From a candidate division WWE3 bacterium RIFOXYC1_FULL_40_10 (GTDB lineage: Bacteria > Patescibacteriota > WWE3 > UBA101185 > UBA10185), in contig MEWB01000001.1 in assembly GCA_001773215.1 (NCBI GenBank), positions 478,479-542,478 of the forward strand: DNA of 64,000 nucleotides. Reading direction: 5' to 3'. Below the pieces are notes generated by a model. That model ran no database searches. It worked only from the letters and a program-made list of their open reading frames with translations, and had not been told where the DNA came from. The number at the start of each line of letters is the position of its first letter. Positions within the stretch are counted from its first letter, which is position 1. Shown here in pieces: positions 61,780 through 64,000 of the stretch. A program made the position numbers and the translations under genes.

Positions 61780-62931
61780 CTAATTACTCCTTCCCAGTAA
61801 CTTGGAATACAGATTCTCGTAATTTTTCACAAACTCATCGTAAGAATACATATTTTCGACTCTTTTTTTGGAACTGCCGACAAAAACTATTTCCCTGTTG
61901 TATAGCGCAAGCATCTTAGAAGCTAAATCCTGATGGTCTCCCACTTCAAAAAAAGCTATCACATCATCCCCAACTTCCTTGAACACATCGATATTACTTG
62001 CGACAACAGGCAATCCTAGATACATCGCTTCAATCAAAACCAATCCAAATCCTTCCGCGACTGAGGGGTGAATAAATGAATCAAAACACGAGTAAATCCC
62101 CAGTTTCATGTCATCTTCAAAAACTCCGGTAACAACAACTCTGTCGCCAATTCCCAGGCTTTCGGCCTCACTTTTCAGGCGACCTTCCAAGTAACCGCCC
62201 CCAGCCAGCATTAAATATGCTACTTTCTCGTTCCCAATACCCTTCATAAACTCTGCAAAGGCCTTTATCAAGGTAATATGCCCTTTCTCGTCCGTTAATC
62301 TGCTGAGATACCCAAAAACATAGGCTTCGGGGGGTATTTTGTATAAGCTTCTGGTCTTTTCCCTCAGATAACCCTTGCTTTCAAAAAAAGAATCAAACCG
62401 CTGTAAATCTAGGCCATTTGGAATGACCTCAATCTTTGAGGAAAGGATGCCTTCATGAAGTTTTGTCTTTCTACGGGATTGCGTTAGTGCAATTTCTTTG
62501 GTCCCAATCAAATTTACCTCCGTGGAATAGCCAATAACTGTTAGCGGCAAAAAAACTTTTTTAATTGTCGAAGTGATCGTCCACTCGGAGATAGGGGTGT
62601 GAACATGAGATATGCGCACAGGAGTTTTCGCTAAAAACCCCGCCAGTAAAGAGTTTGCAGCAGCTTTTAGTTCATGCCCATGAATAACAGCTATCTTTTT
62701 TTTAGCCAAAAACTTTACCAATTTTGAGATGTAAGAGGGATCAATATCCAATCTTATCCTGTTATCTGTTATGACTTCTGCACCTGCCTCGGAGTACCAG
62801 TGGGCAATTTCACCTGGTAAGCACCAAACATACACTTTATTTTTCAGGGAAACCATTCCTCTCACTAAATCTAATATATGCTGTTCCGCTCCACCTGGGG
62901 TTCCCGAGTTGATTGTGTACAAAATATTCAT
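61780..62931 (-). CDS. GT4-family glycosyltransferase
   Basis: AEGFGLVLIEAMYLGLPVVAS (EX7E). Confidence 0.8.
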   Translation of the reverse strand: MNILYTINSGTPGGAEQHILDLVRGMVSLKNKVYVWCLPGEIAHWYSEAGAEVITDNRIRLDIDPSYISKLVKFLAKKKIAVIHGHELKAAANSLLAGFLAKTPVRISHVHTPISEWTITSTIKKVFLPLTVIGYSTEVNLIGTKEIALTQSRRKTKLHEGILSSKIEVIPNGLDLQRFDSFFESKGYLREKTRSLYKIPPEAYVFGYLSRLTDEKGHITLIKAFAEFMKGIGNEKVAYLMLAGGGYLEGRLKSEAESLGIGDRVVVTGVFEDDMKLGIYSCFDSFIHPSVAEGFGLVLIEAMYLGLPVVASNIDVFKEVGDDVIAFFEVGDHQDLASKMLALYNREIVFVGSSKKRVENMYSYDEFVKNYENLYSKLLGRSN

Positions 62932-63920
62932 TTCTTTTTGTACTCTCTAATTATTCTAAACATATTCCCTACCTTATTATCCCAACTATTCTCTTTAGCA
63001 ACTTTCAATCTTTCTTCGACTTTTTCAGGGGAATTTTCTTCTATGGCCTTTTTAACGTTTTCTATAAATTCCACCTCGTTTTTAGAAATGTAAGCAACTT
63101 TTTCGAAAGGTTTATAAGCAGGGAGATTCGTAACAATCACAGGTAAACCGGCAGCCAATGCATCATGAAATTTCACAGGGAAACAACCACCAACAGTATA
63201 ATCATTTAGAACGTATGGAATTATGTAAGCATCAAATCCTGCAAAATAAGTTTCAACTATTTTATACGGAACCACACCCATAAAATGCAAATTCGGCAAA
63301 GGCTCAAACCCCAAAGCTTCCGGAGAGGCTTCACGATCTTTTAAACCTAAACCGCCTAGAATAACAAAAGAGTAATTAGGATACGAGGCTGCAAGTTTAG
63401 AAATCAACTGAACATCGAGTTTATAGTCCTCTAATGCTCCTGAGTATCCTATCCTAGGAGTCGGGATACTACTTAATTTTTCAGGAATAGCTGTTTGTAA
63501 CTCGCGGAGTTTAGAAAATTTCGCGTAATCTCCCACATTAGGCGTGTAATAAGTGTTTTCATTGAATTTCTTCAGTTTTTCAAAAAGTACCGGTGCTGTT
63601 GCAAACACAATGTCTGCCTTTTGGGCCAATTCCTTTTCCACTTTGTTTATCGCTTCCTTCTTTTGGGGCGTATTATATCTGGAAAAACCTGCGTAGTTGT
63701 CGACACAATCGTAAATTAAAATATCATAGTCTATGTTTCTAAGATAGTTTTCTAAACCGGGAATCTCTACATGATATATCCAAAGAACAGTTCTGAGATT
63801 TTTGTCCATGAACTTTTGACATAATTTGTTGATCTTTGTGGAGTGATGCCTGGCCAGGTAACTTTTTAAAGGCAAACAATTTAAAGGAGAAAAAACCCAA
63901 GCATCCTCGTCTTTGAACAC
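62928..63920 (-). CDS. Glycosyltransferase, GT-B/GT4-like with a divergent EX7E region
   Basis: C-terminal VGGCFPVKFHDALAAGLPVIVTN resembles the GT4 nucleotide-sugar-binding segment but lacks the first Glu. The start lies near the window edge. Confidence 0.5.
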   Translation of the reverse strand: MFKDEDAWVFSPLNCLPLKSYLARHHSTKINKLCQKFMDKNLRTVLWIYHVEIPGLENYLRNIDYDILIYDCVDNYAGFSRYNTPQKKEAINKVEKELAQKADIVFATAPVLFEKLKKFNENTYYTPNVGDYAKFSKLRELQTAIPEKLSSIPTPRIGYSGALEDYKLDVQLISKLAASYPNYSFVILGGLGLKDREASPEALGFEPLPNLHFMGVVPYKIVETYFAGFDAYIIPYVLNDYTVGGCFPVKFHDALAAGLPVIVTNLPAYKPFEKVAYISKNEVEFIENVKKAIEENSPEKVEERLKVAKENSWDNKVGNMFRIIREYKKK

Positions 63921-64000
63921 CTTTGATAATAAACGTCTTAGTGGCCACTCTCCTCTTTTTAGCTGTCTCCAAAAAACTCTGCCGGTATTAATAGGAGGAT

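Noticed and set aside
63739-63972. 77-aa minus-strand ORF at the window edge overlapping the last GT gene
   Set aside because: It is in a different frame from the GT, basic and low-complexity, with no RBS. It cannot be evaluated at the window boundary.
1-64000. CRISPR arrays, tRNA/rRNA genes, transposases, integrases, phage structural genes
   Set aside because: No regularly spaced short direct repeats were seen. No non-coding gaps over 340 nt exist, and the largest gap is accounted for by the small peptide unit. No recognisable IS/integrase/recombinase motifs. The internal repeats in the large proteins are protein-level propeller blades.

Overview
The window is a 64 kb, moderately AT-rich bacterial chromosomal segment, almost entirely protein-coding, with no rRNA, tRNA, CRISPR array or obvious transposase/integrase. 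Gene content and protein architecture suggest a reduced-genome monoderm lineage, possibly Patescibacteria/CPR-like, but that is only an inference. Contents in order: (1) 67-10433, four tandem co-directional giant surface proteins (2x FG-GAP, 1x NHL, 1x delta-60-type beta-propellers); all four share a paralogous ~180-aa Cys-containing C-terminal module, and the three non-NHL ones also share a novel 13-aa C-terminal tail (WQNILGWFGI[NS]Y), partly preserved internally in the NHL protein; they sit directly downstream of ftsZ. (2) A split, minimal dcw cluster: ftsZ-ftsA-ftsQ-murG-ftsW-mraY-murA at 10.4-18.4 kb, and mraZ-rsmH-ftsL-ftsI at 43.3-46.7 kb. (3) A nucleotide-excision-repair/SOS neighbourhood with uvrC, uvrA, uvrB and lexA, interleaved with short GC-rich genes of unknown function. 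(4) A tightly coupled operon: response regulator-histidine kinase-phosphoglucomutase-PEP synthase-enolase. (5) LCP protein, class A and class B PBPs, glyQS and recO. (6) From about 49.6 kb to the window end, a cell-wall glycopolymer cluster: a DUF4012-like protein, the initiating sugar-phosphate transferase, seven GT4-like glycosyltransferases, a Wzx flippase, and a fused O-antigen-ligase/GT39 protein. The most unusual signals are the paralogous surface-protein array with its conserved C-terminal tail, and a dispersed set of small GC-rich genes that share motifs by eye and often occur as two-gene units (19.1-19.8 kb, 22.9-23.7 kb, 32.6-33.4 kb, 49.0-49.5 kb, possibly 29.5-30.4 kb). All family and motif assignments come from reading the translations by eye; no database search was run.
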